A model generated the notes under the pieces. The model was given only the letters and a program-made list of their open reading frames with translations, searched no databases and was not told the DNA's origin. From positions 32,001-96,000 of the forward strand of contig CAVVHS010000008.1 in NCBI GenBank assembly GCA_963748215.1: a DNA stretch of 64,000 nt, read 5' to 3'. Numbering within the stretch: the stretch's first letter is position 1; every line of letters starts with the position of its first letter. Shown piece by piece: positions 63,710 through 64,000 of this stretch. The position numbers were made by a program, and so were the translations under genes. Source of the DNA: an uncultured Gammaproteobacteria bacterium (GTDB lineage Bacteria > Pseudomonadota > Gammaproteobacteria > UBA9214).

Positions 63710-63742
63710 TTCACCGTAGATAATCGTTTTGAGGCGACCCTC

Positions 63743-64000
63743 ATGACAAGAATAATCGCCATCTTGCTGGCCCTGTCGATTCCCGCCAGCGCTCTGTGCA
63801 GCGATATGCTGCCCGCCGAGGATGACGTGCCGCACACGACCCCGTCCGTCAGCAACGACACCGACAGCATCCCCCTGTTCGATGATGCCGAATTCCAGGA
63901 AGTCTACGACCCGCTCGAACCAGTCAATCGCGGCATATTCTGGTTCAACGACAAGATGTATTTCTATGCCCTGAAACCGGTCGCCAGGGGCTTGCGCTAC
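63743..64000 (+). CDS. mlaA: MlaA/VacJ family protein (runs off window edge)
   Basis: Signal peptide then [29 protein letters not shown]. Confidence 0.85.
   Translation, partial: MTRIIAILLALSIPASALCSDMLPAEDDVPHTTPSVSNDTDSIPLFDDAEFQEVYDPLEPVNRGIFWFNDKMYFYALKPVARGLRY

Overview
GC-rich gammaproteobacterial chromosome segment; gene content suggests, but does not prove, a sulfur-oxidising chemolithotroph. The core backbone holds gloA, argG, pdhA-pdhB plus an E2-E3 fusion, pyrC-rnt, grxD, argD-argF, nadC, tRNA-Thr, thiO, pilVWXE, ispH, fkpB-lspA-ileS-ribF-murJ, rpsT, proB-obgE-rpmA-rplU, ispB, tRNA-Pro and mlaA. Three accessory blocks interrupt it. (1) 3.8-6.5 kb: an integrase-less integron cassette array with four attC sites in graded decay, headed by a protein with a HEPN-like RxxxxH motif. 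(2) 31-33.9 kb: an islet at the 3' end of tRNA-Thr(CGT) with HugZ, an FNR-boxed Hsp20 and a candidate sRNA. (3) 39.9-52.3 kb: an integrase-less island splitting fkpB from ispH. Its unrelated genes are separated by arrays of co-oriented degenerate ~30-bp hairpins whose core tetranucleotide is the exact target of an IS1182 element and a MITE; this is the best candidate for an undescribed gene-capture or hotspot system. Core intergenic regions carry mosaics of several REP-like families, including a ~390-bp inverted repeat bracketing rnt. Four single-base frameshifts (two in essential ileS) are probably read errors. All calls are by eye from motifs and synteny; no searches were run.
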